This document shows positions 13,121 to 25,307 of a stretch of DNA of 64,000 nt, piece by piece. The notes under the pieces are model-generated. The model was given only the letters and a program-made list of their open reading frames with translations, was not told where the DNA came from and searched no databases. Both the position numbers and the translations under genes were made by a program. This DNA comes from Tubulanus polymorphus. Taxonomy: Eukaryota; Animalia; Nemertea. Position 1 is the first letter of the stretch, and every line of letters starts with the position of its first letter. Where the stretch lies: NCBI RefSeq assembly GCF_964204645.1, contig NC_134033.1, positions 15,260,655 through 15,324,654 on the forward strand, written 5' to 3'.

Positions 13121-15084
13121 AATACAAGAGATACTTAGTTCAATGACGCCGTATTGTGCGTGAGTGTGAGTGTAGTCTCTCACAAAAGCGTCGAAGTAAT
13201 TTAAATTCAATTACTGAACATTAGGAAAAAACTCAGTAAGGACCTAAATGTCACAGGACGCACTTGTGTATTATAATAATCTATGCCCTCTTCTATACTA
13301 GCTCTATTCAACTACGTCGTGTCAATGATAAAAATCAACTTTATATTTTTAATAACCCAACCATTGTTGCGCGAACAATGGAAAAAGTGTCCTGAACACT
13401 TGATGTCGCCAGGAACCACAATGCAGAGTTACAGATGTTGCCAAGATGCCGAGTGGATTGTGTCATTGTAACAATGCGCCGAAGACCATATTGAATTAAG
13501 GTTTCAATTGAATTCATTGTAGCGTCGAAAAATAACAGATAACAAGGCAACAATGGGCCAACAAAAAGAACGGTTTCTATCGACGAGTTGTCCGATTGTT
13601 TCAAGCTTGGAGACATAAGGTGCACGCAACAATGGAAGGCGCACTGTTGTATGTAACGGTATATATATTGTCAGTGGACGGAAAATTAATGGAAATGGCA
13701 GACGGCAACAGCAGGTGGAATGCCGGCGTTAGCCTGAGCGAGCGAATCTAAACTCTCTCTCTTTTTCTGTAGGTCGTGTTGTAGTAATGATGTAAAACGT
13801 ATAATGTAAATGGTGCGCACAATGATTGAGTCGGACACAGTCTTTGTAATAGTAGAACATTTAGATTAGTAAAGGCGCGCGTGCGAAGCCTGCTGCGGCG
13901 CGTGTGGTCATTACGGAACCAGTTTGCAGATTTATCATAGCCGCGTCAATACATTTTTTTTGACAAAAAAGTGTCAAAGGAGCGAGCCTTTTGTTTCCGA
14001 GTCTAGGGTGAAAGCAAGACATAGAGGGGACTGGGCGAAGGGTAAAGTGGCGCAGTTACAGGTTAATGAGGGGTTGACTGAAAATTGAGTCTTGACATTT
14101 TTCGAAATTCTGATACAATGTTCATCAAGTAATCCATTCTCGAATGATTCAGGTACATATTTAATATCTGTCCTATTTCAATAGGAAAGTCCCCCTTTTC
14201 ACGGCGAAAAAGTGTCCCCCTTTTCTTGAAATAGAACAGCCATTTGATTAAAAAGCACGGCGCGGCCCGTGTAGCGAACCGGTCGCTGAGAGTTTAGGAA
14301 ATTAAACAGTTACATGAAGTGCACTGCACACGACTTATTACTCTTCAGCGGTCATTTCCTGGTAGTTAATGTCTCATTGGTTGATTATGTTTTCTGAAAG
14401 CCGAGCACCATCGACAGCGAATGGACAACTACACATTAATTGTCGGACGATTGCGGGACCAGTGTGTTTAATTTATTGGTTTCATTGTCGACATGTCATC
14501 GACATTTTGTTCCTATTTATACAAGTATTATGTGAACAAGACTCTTATTAGAATGACGTCGAAAAAAGAATGTCGTGATATTTTAGGTTCGTACACACGC
14601 GATAGCCATCGATTCAAACAGTCTCAATTCGTACCGTGAAAGTCCGTTATATCGTTTTCTGAGAAACCGCGTTACGTGGGCTTGTGCGTGGAAACATTGG
14701 CGATCACCTATGACCGATCTAACATCGAAGATTTACTGTTTAACCCAAAGTCGGGTAACTTAAAATAACTATTTGTCAATAAGACAATGTTAATTTGACA
14801 AATTGGAAATATTATTCTGAGATGTAAGTAACCCTGCAAAATTCTTTATATAACGGCATATTTTACACTGGTCCAAATAGTGGCATAATGAACTAAAGAC
14901 GTCTATTGTAGTTTGAGTAGGTGATTCACAAAAAGCTTTGAATTAATACATTTTCGAGGTTTTATTTCACCCAGCCCTGGTAGTGCTACAGTGATCTACG
15001 TCGCTCTACGATCATAGTGTTAAATCTGTGGTACTTCCAGACGCTAAGATTCTTGGTGAAAGTTTTATGTATTTCGTATTTATG

Positions 15085-15405
15085 TCCTGATAAAATGATT
15101 AAAGCACTGAACACATGTTAAGTGTGGACGATCAGTTTTTGAAAGTGCTGATAAAATGTTAAATGCCCTGTGTTTGTAGTTCATTTGCAATTGAGAATGT
15201 CTCAGGTGAAGCACTGGACACATGTGAAGTGTGGACGATCAGTTTTTGAAAGTGTGCTGATAAAATGTCTAATATCTGGTGTTTGTAGTTCATTTTCAAT
15301 TAGAAATGTCTCAGGTGAAGCACTGAACACATGTGAAGTGTGGACGATCAGTTTTTGAAAGTGTGCTGATAAAATGTCCAATGTTTGATGTTTGTATAGT
15401 TTCAA
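15085..15405. repeat. ~109 bp dispersed tandem satellite
   Basis: ACACATGTGAAGTGTGGACGATCAGTTTTTGAAAGTG unit, about 3 copies. Also found at 41485-41990 and 44628-44745. Confidence 0.9.
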
Positions 15406-16586
15406 TAAAAAATAGGAGGGGGCCTTAAGTCGGAGCTAGAAGTATCACCCACGCATTCAGAGTTCAAATAAACCAAAATAGATCATACACATACAGGAAT
15501 GCGATCGCCACAAACAACTTCTCAGCCGATTTTTCATCTTTTAGCGGAGAGAAAAAAGACAGCTTAGCGGGTGTATTGTTCGCGTATCCTATCCGCAACG
15601 GAACGCTCCGGCACTCCTTTCAAAACTACAACAATGTCCAACCGTTAAATAATTCACAAAAAAGTCTCCGAGCTCATTAATAATTTCTCGGGCGACAATC
15701 GCGGTTTGAAACGGAGTTTACTGTTTCAGTAGCAGACGATAACAATACGGCATTCATCCGCGATTATCTCTGCAACAAAATACCGACTGATTTCGTGTAT
15801 TGTTCCTTATTTCGACGCTGATTAACCATGGACGTAGGTATTATGCTCGCTTCTATGGTTACAGTGCTTTAGTCAAGATGATCACCATCGGTAACAATGG
15901 GGACGGTTTCCTCTGACAACAATCCGTCACATGGAGATGGAAATAACCGAAAAGAGAAATTCGCGCGCGGAGAATTCGAAACTGAACGGATTAATAGAAA
16001 ACAAAACCGATTTATACTTTTTTCTATAGATCGTCTTCTGTTGTGGCTTTCTCTACGAAACTCGCTGTGACGTCTGTGTCTTTGACTGCGACTTTATCTG
16101 CTGTTCAAAGCAAAACTTTTGCGACGAATAAAGAAGTTCGACAGTGGCTTCAGAACCGGACACACGGGATTGGTCGAAAGTAATTTTTTTTTGCTATAAG
16201 GCGATCAGTTATCAAAAAACCTGTGCGCTGTATATATATATGTATAAAACACGCATCTAGGTTCTTAAGGTGATTGGTTTTCTTTGAAAAAAAAAACCCT
16301 TGTGGATCATATATTCTATTAGCGGTTTTTTAGAAAGAAGTGGTTTATGGTTTTTTTTATCGTAAAAAAGCAAGCATAAGGAAGGGGATTAAACAGTTAG
16401 GTACATACAGTTTGCCCCCGGAATAAAGTAGGATTATATACCATATCTTATTAATATTGCACTTCTTCGTGTAGTTATTCAATAAAGCGGCAAAAAATGA
16501 GAGCACCAGCCTTTTCAGAAAATTCCTCAGAAGTTTGTTGTTGAAATCTAGAAATACCAGTTGGATAACTTGTATCGTGAACATGA

Positions 16587-16799
16587 AGCTAAAAAAGTTG
16601 ATACAGTGTTTCTTATGTCTGCTTAGCTTAAAACTTGACCAGGCCGGTCGCCTATCAACTTTGTACTTTACTTTTTGAGATCATATCCAGCCGACAATCA
16701 CAGACCCGGTAGGTATACAAATGAACTGATTACAGATTTTATTTGGGATTTACTAAAGTGACCCGGCCGATTAGGAGAAACAATGTATCATTTTTAGCT
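16587..16799. mobile_element. MITE family C, degenerate, reverse orientation
   Basis: AGCTAAAAAAGTTGATACAGTGTTTCT ... GGAGAAACAATGTATCATTTTTAGCT. Confidence 0.7.
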
Positions 16800-18238
16800 T
16801 AAATCAGCATTGTGGCTTTTTATATCATACAACGGATTGTGAACCACAAAATTTGCGCAACTTCTGTATTGAGTTGATCAGTTTCCGGGACCTGACATCC
16901 CCAATCACGGGATTGGGAATGAGGTACCCAGAGAGTGCAGTGACATGAGCGTGCGGTTCATGCCACCGGTCACTGGTGTAATTTTGGATATATATTAGCC
17001 TTGGCTATCACCTATCACCTATCCAAAATACAACATAATTTTGCTTCCGATATTGTCCTGATATTGTATTGATATTGTATTATATCGATATTCGTGTCGT
17101 ATTGTCTTTTGCTCTAAGCAAATGTTCTTTCATGAGCAATAAAATATTCTATTCTATCGTCAATTAGGAAAAAGAAATATCGAACCTGTTAATAATGTCC
17201 TGTATGGCGTTCAGTGCATTGAGGGTATCAAACAAGTCCCTTGTGCTGCTTGGGACAACGGTAGCCCCTTGGACCCGACCTTTAGGAACCCGACGACCTC
17301 TTCTCCTTAAGGCAGCTAGTGGTCCTTTGGGTTCGGTTAACTGGCTCTGACACACGTTTGGGTCCTTAAGTAAATGTACCACCCCTTAAGGCAACTTCGG
17401 GCTCAGTGTTGGGGGCCGATCGACTCCTTGTAGACCTACCATTCAAAACTCTCCACCTATGACGTCATTGTGATTATCGTCTTTCGTAGCGAAGGCTTCC
17501 CCGATCAGAACCAGTCTGGAATCATTATTAAATTCACACGCGCGCCCGCAATCTTAGCGCTGTTTTGTCAGACTATTCAGTATAATACGGTCCCCGGTGA
17601 GAAGTTATTAATTAGCCTGTATTCAGCGATGATTAGGTGTGACTCGTCTCGACAAAGAACCTTTATGAAAACCTACGTATATTATCACTCCATTTCTATA
17701 AGCCTGGATTATACTCGGTGTCCCAGGGGGCGCTATCGTCCGTCCGGCTGTATGGATAATGACATATAGTGTATTTACGAGCTGTTGTTATCACACCGGT
17801 CTGCGGTTACACGACACCCGCTTACCAGGGTCGGTTTCACAAAGCAGATGAAGATCTTGGAAGGTTTTTTCCGTTTTACCCAACTACAACTGAGTTATGG
17901 ACAAAGCCATCAAATTAAAGTAAAAAGTCACGTTTCGACGGCCAATATGGAAGGCCAATATGAGTCATGAAATATAAATGAGTTCGGTTGAAAACAGGTT
18001 GAAGGAAACAAACATATTCAACAAAAGAATTCTGTTGAGTCGACCGCCGATCACACAACTCTCTACTTCGATTTCCGATTTCAAAATTAAATCCCCTGTT
18101 TCGTCCCCGGCAGGTGTCAGTGGTGAGCTCGTAAGGGATACCGAATTCCAATCAAGTCAAAATATTAACCTATGAACCAATAAAACAAGAGGGACTCCCC
18201 AATTCCCTATTGCAAGAACATACTTCAAAAAACACTAG

Positions 18239-18346
18239 GGTCCAGTTCCACAGTTCTGAGTTAAGATTTGACCCTGAGTTAACTCATTGAAAATGAGCTA
18301 ATTTTAACTCAGAGTTAACTCTAACTCACAACTGTGGAACTGGGTC
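18239..18346. mobile_element. PIF/Harbinger-type MITE family B
   Basis: TIRs GGTCCAGTTCCACAGTT / AACTGTGGAACTGGGTC with a TAG duplication inside the target AAACAC-TAG-GTGTTT. Confidence 0.85.
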
Positions 18347-18799
18347 TAGGTGTTTCCGCGTCTACATGTGCGTAGAAAAGGTTCGTCAGTAATTGAGCGC
18401 ACTATGGTGGACTTTATGAAAACCTTTTACGACTTGACAGGATCCGAGCGAGCGCAGCGTACAGTTCTGAAAACAGATAGTGATTCCGCGTATAAAACGG
18501 TATAAAAACTCGGGCACCGAACTCTTTTCATCTTGCAACAATGACCCTTTTGTCGCCATGGAGTCATACGAGCGAAAATAAAACCGTGACTCGCATCAAC
18601 TAACAAAACACAATCTGGTAATTGGACAGATTCGCCCGGAGGCGCAAACTGGAATACACCTGAAAGGGAAGATCTGTCTCTTTGTTGGATTTATCATCGA
18701 GATCATAACGAGAAATGTCTCTCCTTAATGGTGTGAAGAATTCCTCGCTTCTCTAACCTTTTAATACGTCCTGCGACAGCGCTGATGCACGTAGTTAGG

Positions 18800-19030
18800 G
18801 CTCGGGGTAGGTCACTGTCAGGATTCGAACCAGAAATATTTCGTCGGGGTTGGAGAGCTCAGAAAGGAACCATAGAAAAAAAAACTTTGTCACTGCCAGG
18901 ATTCGAACCAGCAATATTTTCGTCGGGGTAGGAGAGCTCAGAGAGGAACTACAGAAAGAAACTCTGTCACTGTCAGGATTGAAACTATTGTCGAGGGCGG
19001 AGAGCCCAAAGAATATCCACGTCACAGCCA
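18800..19030. repeat. ~76 bp tandem repeat containing a reverse B-box-like motif
   Basis: GTCACTGTCAGGATTCGAACC...GTCGGGGTTGGAGAGCTCAGA, about 3 copies. A homologous array lies at 52420-52670. Confidence 0.8.
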
Positions 19031-19778
19031 CACTAAATTTCTAGTGGATTTAACATTGGCCACGATTTATACCGCATCAGAAAAAAAAACGAATTCGAAG
19101 ACTCATCAAAAAGTGAAAATCAGTTGGTGACACGACACCGCGCGGTTAATAATGAAAGAAGCACGCGGACAAGGCGCGCACGTGGATACAACCAATTAAC
19201 ATAACCGAACTATCGGGTAGATTGAAAGTGCTCTTTTATATAACAAAACAGAAACATAATATTGTTTATAGTCTCGCTATCAGGGATTTAATTTAATATG
19301 CATTGTTGTAGTTGTAATTGCTGTATATTGTTGCAATCACCAGCTTGACAGGCGCGTTTTCACGACGCAACAATGACCAGAATGTCTTTCATTCACGTTT
19401 TGAAATTAGACGTACAACAATGCGGAGCCGTTGAGCGCGAAAAAGATTTATGATCTTTTTTTTTGTATCGCCGCGTAGAAATTAAAAACGGAACGAAAAC
19501 GTTTTTGTGCGCGTAATATTGTATTTGTTAATTTTCGAATGTGACAAAAACGTAAACAATCTGGTCAAAAGTAATTCAATCGGAATTGCACGCAATGTGC
19601 GTTGGACACGAAATTGCGAAATGTTTTCACACAAACACAATTATTATTAACGACAACTGTTGTATGCGCAGAAATGACATCATTTCAAACTATTGATTGA
19701 GCAAAGAATGTCATTAAAAACGGTAACATCGTGTGCTTTTTTTAGCGTAAGCGCCTCTAGCATTCGCAAATGGACCAA

Positions 19779-19971
19779 GGCTAGAATGAAATGATACCTA
19801 AATCTCATAATCGGGTGGGTCATTTTTATAAACTGCAATGAAATTTGTAATCATTTCATTTCTATAGCTACTTGGTTCAAAAAAGAAGTAATGTACAGGG
19901 TAGATAGGCGGCCGGCCGGGTGAACTTCTAAGCTCAGCAGGAATGAGAAACAAGGTATCAATTTTTAAGAC
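19779..19971. mobile_element. MITE family C, degenerate
   Basis: GGGTAGATAGGCGGCCGGCCGGGT...AAGCTCAGCAG...GAGAAACAAGGTATCAATTTTT is shared with the 9440 copy. Confidence 0.75.
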
Positions 19972-20033
19972 AAAAATAGTAAAACACTCAACCGACAAGT
20001 TCTGTGTAACCATGGGCTTTAAATCGAGTCCAG

Positions 20034-20212
20034 GGGCCAGTTGCACAGTTAAGTCCAAAAGTGCTCTTAAATCTTAAGACTGGTCTATAGTTTGTTAGAT
20101 TGGCTATAAAACTAAGTTGATCTTAGACTGGTCTTAAGTTGTTAGATTGGCCATAGAACTAAGTTGGTCTTAGACTGGTCTTAAGTCTAAGCCATGACTA
20201 TGCAACCGGCCC
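20034..20212. mobile_element. PIF/Harbinger-type MITE family A
   Basis: GGGCCAGTTGCACAGT...GACTATGCAACCGGCCC with CAG duplication; reverse orientation of the 8197 copy, with the internal unit duplicated. Confidence 0.85.
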
Positions 20213-21699
20213 CAGTACTCCAGTATCCCAGCTGGTAGCTAGTCGATTGGGTCGACGACTCACAGAGCTCCTCCTCAGAATAGTCGAGTCGATCGTTTTA
20301 CAAATCGCTGCTGGTAAAAAAAAAACACACACACACAGTTGGATATAGAAAAAACCGACCGGGATGTAAATGTATTTACTGAACAGCGCGACGTGAGTTC
20401 TGTGACTGCGTTCAATAGAAACTAACATCCAGTAATTATCCGTTAACAATGCAAACTTTGAAATATTAATTTACTCGCATTGTTGAGAATAGAAGACAAT
20501 TTGCTGGCAGTGTTTTGTCGACAATGTCGGAGTATTGTTGGCGCATTGTTGGGTGTTAATTGCGTTCTGTGTTGTAGATTGTTTGACGTCGACGGTTTCC
20601 CATCCCCTCTCTATTATTACGCGTGTATAGCTGATCAAATCGTATTTATAGATTTTCCAGTCAGTCATAAAAGGATAAAAAATACATTTGAAATGAGCTG
20701 TTGGGGATAGGGAGAAGTGTTTTATCAGAAAGAAACCAACAAAAATTAGTGACTTCAATTGTTAAACTTGAATTAAACAGGCAACCATTCCAACCACTGC
20801 CAACAGGATTCGAAGCGGTTATCCATAGTTCGACTGGCGACCAGTCCAACCGTTACCAACAATACTCGAACTTAATGATGCGTGAATTTGACTTGGAGAT
20901 CAGTCCAAACTACCAGGATTCGAACCCAATGATCCACACAGTTTGGCATGTATCAGTATAAGCACTACTACCGGGATTCGGACTCGGAGACCGGTCAAAC
21001 TGGACGGGTTTCGATACCAGCCATCCACCTTTCCAACCGCAAGCAAAATCCAATGACATATTTCTTGGCGTGACTCGAGACAAGTCCTACTTATACCATC
21101 GGGATTCGAATCCATATGAAGCGTGGATAATTGACAAGCGGCCTCGTGTAAAAGAAAAAAGAATCAGTTTTATTGCCGCGGAATACAATAACTTGTTATA
21201 AATATCCAATGCCGTTTTGTTATCGTCAAAAGCGTTTTTTGTTTTCACCATTTTTTTTCCAGCGCAGAATCAAATTATACGTTTCTTTTATTCGCCTAAA
21301 CCGTCTGCGTCGCGCGCGGCTACAGTTACCGCTGGGTAAAATAATCGAACGTAATTGTTTTGTTTTAACGTTATTCAAAAGATGATTACGAGTCAATTGT
21401 CGCCATAGGCAACGACGGAAACGAGTGATTGTTGTCGTACTGTGAGGAATAATTGCTGGTGAATACGCGTTGACTAGTTTAGGTTTGTTGTAGTTTGTTG
21501 GCTGGGGCGCGCCAGTGTTGAAACGTAAAAATCGTTGTTTTTTTTTGTGTGGAAAATGTCGGGGTATCCTCAGCCACACGGAGAATCTACAGCTTGAGTT
21601 CGGTTCCCGACGACTCCGTAAAAAGCCCTGTTTCTTTCGTTGATTACATTATGTTAAATATGTATTGTTGGCTTTTGGAAAAAAATATTGACCGCAACT

Positions 21700-21975
21700 T
21701 TATAGCCAATCTAACAACTGTGTAGACCATAACTCATCTTAGTTTTACTGCAAATCTAACCGCTTAAGACGAGTCATTTTGGTGGATAATTGCCAATCTA
21801 ATAACTTAAAACCAGTCTAAGTTCATTTTGGTTCTATAGCCAATCCAATAACTTAAGACCAGTCTAAGCTCATTTTGGTTCTATAGCCAGTCTAACAACT
21901 TAAGACCAGTCTAAGCTCATTTTGGTTCTATAGCCAATCCAATAACTTACGATTGCAGACTTTCAGACCGGGCTC
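21700..21975. repeat. 46 bp tandem array of the family A internal unit
   Basis: ACTTAAGACCAGTCTAAGCTCATTTTGGTTCTATAGCCAATCYAA, about 5 copies. Confidence 0.8.
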
Positions 21976-22699
21976 TAGGTTCACTTGTACAGGGCTTCGA
22001 TTCAAGACTATTCCTTTCAATTATTGAACTCACTATTAGAATTCAGGCAATCAAACTCACTAAATAAACTCAAACTCACAAAAGTTTGTTCATGATTTGA
22101 GCCCAATTTTGGACAAATTCACGACTTTCCACAACACTATGGGCCTTGGTTTAATCTTTAGGAAATGACTGCCGAATTGCGAATGTAACTAAAACATTTG
22201 AATATTACATCGAAACCATAGAAAGTGTTCTGTCGCACACAATAAACCTGTAAACACGGTCCACGTCATGGCGGAAGTAACGATAGTCTGTGTAAAACTC
22301 TCTCGACAATAGATCGCATTATGAAATAATTAATGATTATCAATGTCTGTATTTCCGGCAGTCATTTCAGCACATTTCCTGTTTTTATCTCTGAGCTCTC
22401 TGTCTCTGTTTGTGTGTCTCATACAGCACGCGCGAAATAACGTCGTTCACAGCCAGAACTTAAAACAATACTCATGTATGCACACATAATAGTCGTGGGT
22501 CCAGGCGGTATTAACCGTTCTGTCCAATACGTAGCAATTCTAAGTGTCCTTCGAAATAACGTCATTCAGTTGTTGACTCCGGTAGCCTCTTAGAGGGAGA
22601 ATCTCTCGAAATGCTCAAAAATAGTTTTTGGCATTCACCTTGGCTAGGATGCTGGGAGTACCCTTACCCTTAGCCCTTTTGCCATTTTAGTGCCATGAT

Positions 22700-23001
22700 G
22701 AAGGTGCAGGTTCAAGGTTGAGGGTGATACAGGTTCAAGGTTGAGGGAAATGCAAATTCAAGGTTGAAGAAGGTGCAGGTTCAAGGTTGATAGAGGTGCA
22801 GGTTCAAGGTTGAGGGAGGAACGTGTTCAAGGTTGATGGAAGTTAAGGGTCCACCTTGGGATGGTGCTAGATGTACGCAGAGTTGATGGGTTGCAAGTTT
22901 CAGGCTGGCGGAGGTGCAGGTTCCAGGCTGGCGGAGGTGCTGGTTCCAGGCTGGTGGAGGTGCAGGTTCCAGGCTGGCGGAGGTGCAGGTTCCAGGCTGG
23001 G
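22700..23001. repeat. 21 bp minisatellite (two sub-arrays)
   Basis: GGTGCAGGTTCAAGGTTGA.. followed by GGAGGTGCAGGTTCCAGGCTGGC units. Confidence 0.9.
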
Positions 23002-23420
23002 AGATCGATAGCTGTACGAAGATCGCACTGTATGCGCCGAGGATCTCCGCCCGACTATTTACACAACGCAGGAACACGCGGTTTGTTTTTAAACCGGTGA
23101 TGAATCGACAGAGAAACGAAACAAACGATAACAAACGACACTTTCAATAATGTCGTCTCCATGGTAATTATCGGTGTTATTGTTGCCCTTCAAAAACAAC
23201 AATATTAACCGAATCACCATGGAGTTTATTGCTATGGTTTCCGGTTTTTTGATCGATCGCCTTTGAACCCGAATAAAAACAGAAATCGTCTGCGATGACT
23301 GCTGCCGAACAGGGGTCGACTGAGTTGGTATCTCTGGTATTCAAATATTAAGTGTTTTTGTCTTTTGAATCACTCACTCTTTGTTTGATATCCTTTTGTA
23401 GATGTATTTTGTACTCCGAA

Positions 23421-23530
23421 CGCCTGATGATCGGCCGATAGTCTTAACCAGAAATGTTGCTAAAAAATATATAATACATGTATACTATTTTACTATAAAA
23501 CATTGACATCTTTACTGTGAGATTTCTTTC
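23421..23530 (+). mobile_element. Degenerate hammerhead motif with family tail
   Basis: CTGATGA (23424)...GAAATGTT (23451) with a weak stem II, and downstream GTGAGATTTCT. Confidence 0.45.
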
Positions 23531-24667
23531 ATTGGCTAATTCATTCGTATCCTCTACGTCCGAATGAGGCTAATAAACGTTGATCGAAATTATATTTTGC
23601 ATAAACGAGAGAAATCCCGCGACAATATAGCCAAAACGAGAAACTTTAATAGAAGATTTGCGCAAATATAAACTCTTCTATTCATGTTTCTCGTTTATGG
23701 CTATATCTATTATTGGATCTACCGTGTTTATTCATCGTACACGGATTTCTGTGTTTTCTTCTCGACTCAAATATATTTTGCATCTTTTCTCGCATTGTGT
23801 GTTTTTTTTTCGCATATTTTCATGTTTTCTGCGCTCAAATTCGAGGAAAAGTGAAACTCGTTACACATTTTTTCGTTTTCATTGTTTTTTGTTGTTGTTA
23901 TAGTCAACTTCGCGCGTTTTCAACGAGGGCAGCGATATTCAAACTTCACCAGATTTGATTACGATGCATTTATGTACGAATAATATCATCTATGGTTAAA
24001 AATTTAAATACAGCTTCAATTTTTTTTCGTCAGAAACTGCGACCAAGAAAATAATAAAGAAAAGGTACCGGTATAATCATATATAATCTCTAGAATCTCG
24101 GTCCTACTGATCATCGCTTGCCAGGGCAAAGCGAGCTTCGGCGGAAGGCCGTGTGACATGCGAACACCGGCAAGCGAGGATGAGTAGGCAAACCGATGTC
24201 GTTATCCTCGACGATATGAATAAGAAATCTATTCCGGATCAATAAGCAACGATGTCAGCTAAATTTTCTTTTTTAAATTAACGGTCTTCTTCGGGTCACC
24301 GGACTCTTCATATATCCGGTATATACTCATCCCATATTAAGTCGAATTCCGTGTTTTTACTTTAACCAGTCGAGCGTGAAAATTTGGTGGACTCGGGATA
24401 TTGAAATTTCAGTGTCAGATTTCTGAAAGCAAGTTGACAAGGCTGTGCACGCTTCCTTTCGCTATAATACCGACTTAATGAAGCAGAAATGTATTTGAGA
24501 CGATTTTTTTGTTATGAGTTTGTCGTCGGAGATGACTCTGTTTTAAATCCTACTCGTGAATAAAAGCGCTCAGCGATCGACGTCACAGTAATCTGATGAA
24601 AAGGAGAAGTTTTAGCGATTTACTTTCTTTGTGAAATCGCGTCATCTATGAAATAGAAAAGTGATGA

Positions 24668-25307
24668 GTTCCACAGGGTGCAGCGGGTCTCCCTAGTGTT
24701 CCACAGGGTGCAGCTGATCTCCCTGGTGTTCCACAGGGTGCAGCGGGTCTCCCTAGTGTTCCACAGGGTGCAGCTGATCTCCCTGGTGTTCCACAGGGTG
24801 CAGCGGGTCTTCCTGGTGTTCCACAGGGTGCAGCTGATCTCCCTGGTGTTCCACAGGGTGCAGCTGATCTCCCTGGTGTTCCACAGGGTGCAGCGGGTCT
24901 CCCTAGTGTTCCACAGGGTGCAGCGGGTCTCCCTAGTGTTCCACAGGGTGCAGCGGGTCTCCCTAGTGTTCCACAGGGTGCAGCTGATCTCCCTGGTGTT
25001 CCACAGGGTGCAGCGGGTCTCCCTAGTGTTCCACAGGGTGCAGCGGGTCTCCCTGGTGTTCCACAGGGTGCAGCGGGTCTCCCTGGTGTTCCACAGGGTG
25101 CAACTGATCTCCCTGGTGTTCCACAGGGTGCAGCGGGTCTCCCTGGTGTTCCACAGAGTGCAGCGGGTCTCCCTGGTGTTCCACAGGGTGCAGCGGGTCT
25201 CCCTGGTGTTCCACAGGGTGCAACTGATCTCCCTTGTGTTCTGCAGGGTGCAGAGCATCTCTCTGGTGTTCCGCAGGGTGCAGCGGGTCTCCCAAGTGTT
25301 CCACAGT
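24668..25307. repeat. 30 bp minisatellite, ~21 copies
   Basis: GTTCCACAGGGTGCAGC(GGG/TGA)TCTCCCT(A/G)GT. It explains the periodic ORFs here. Confidence 0.97.
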
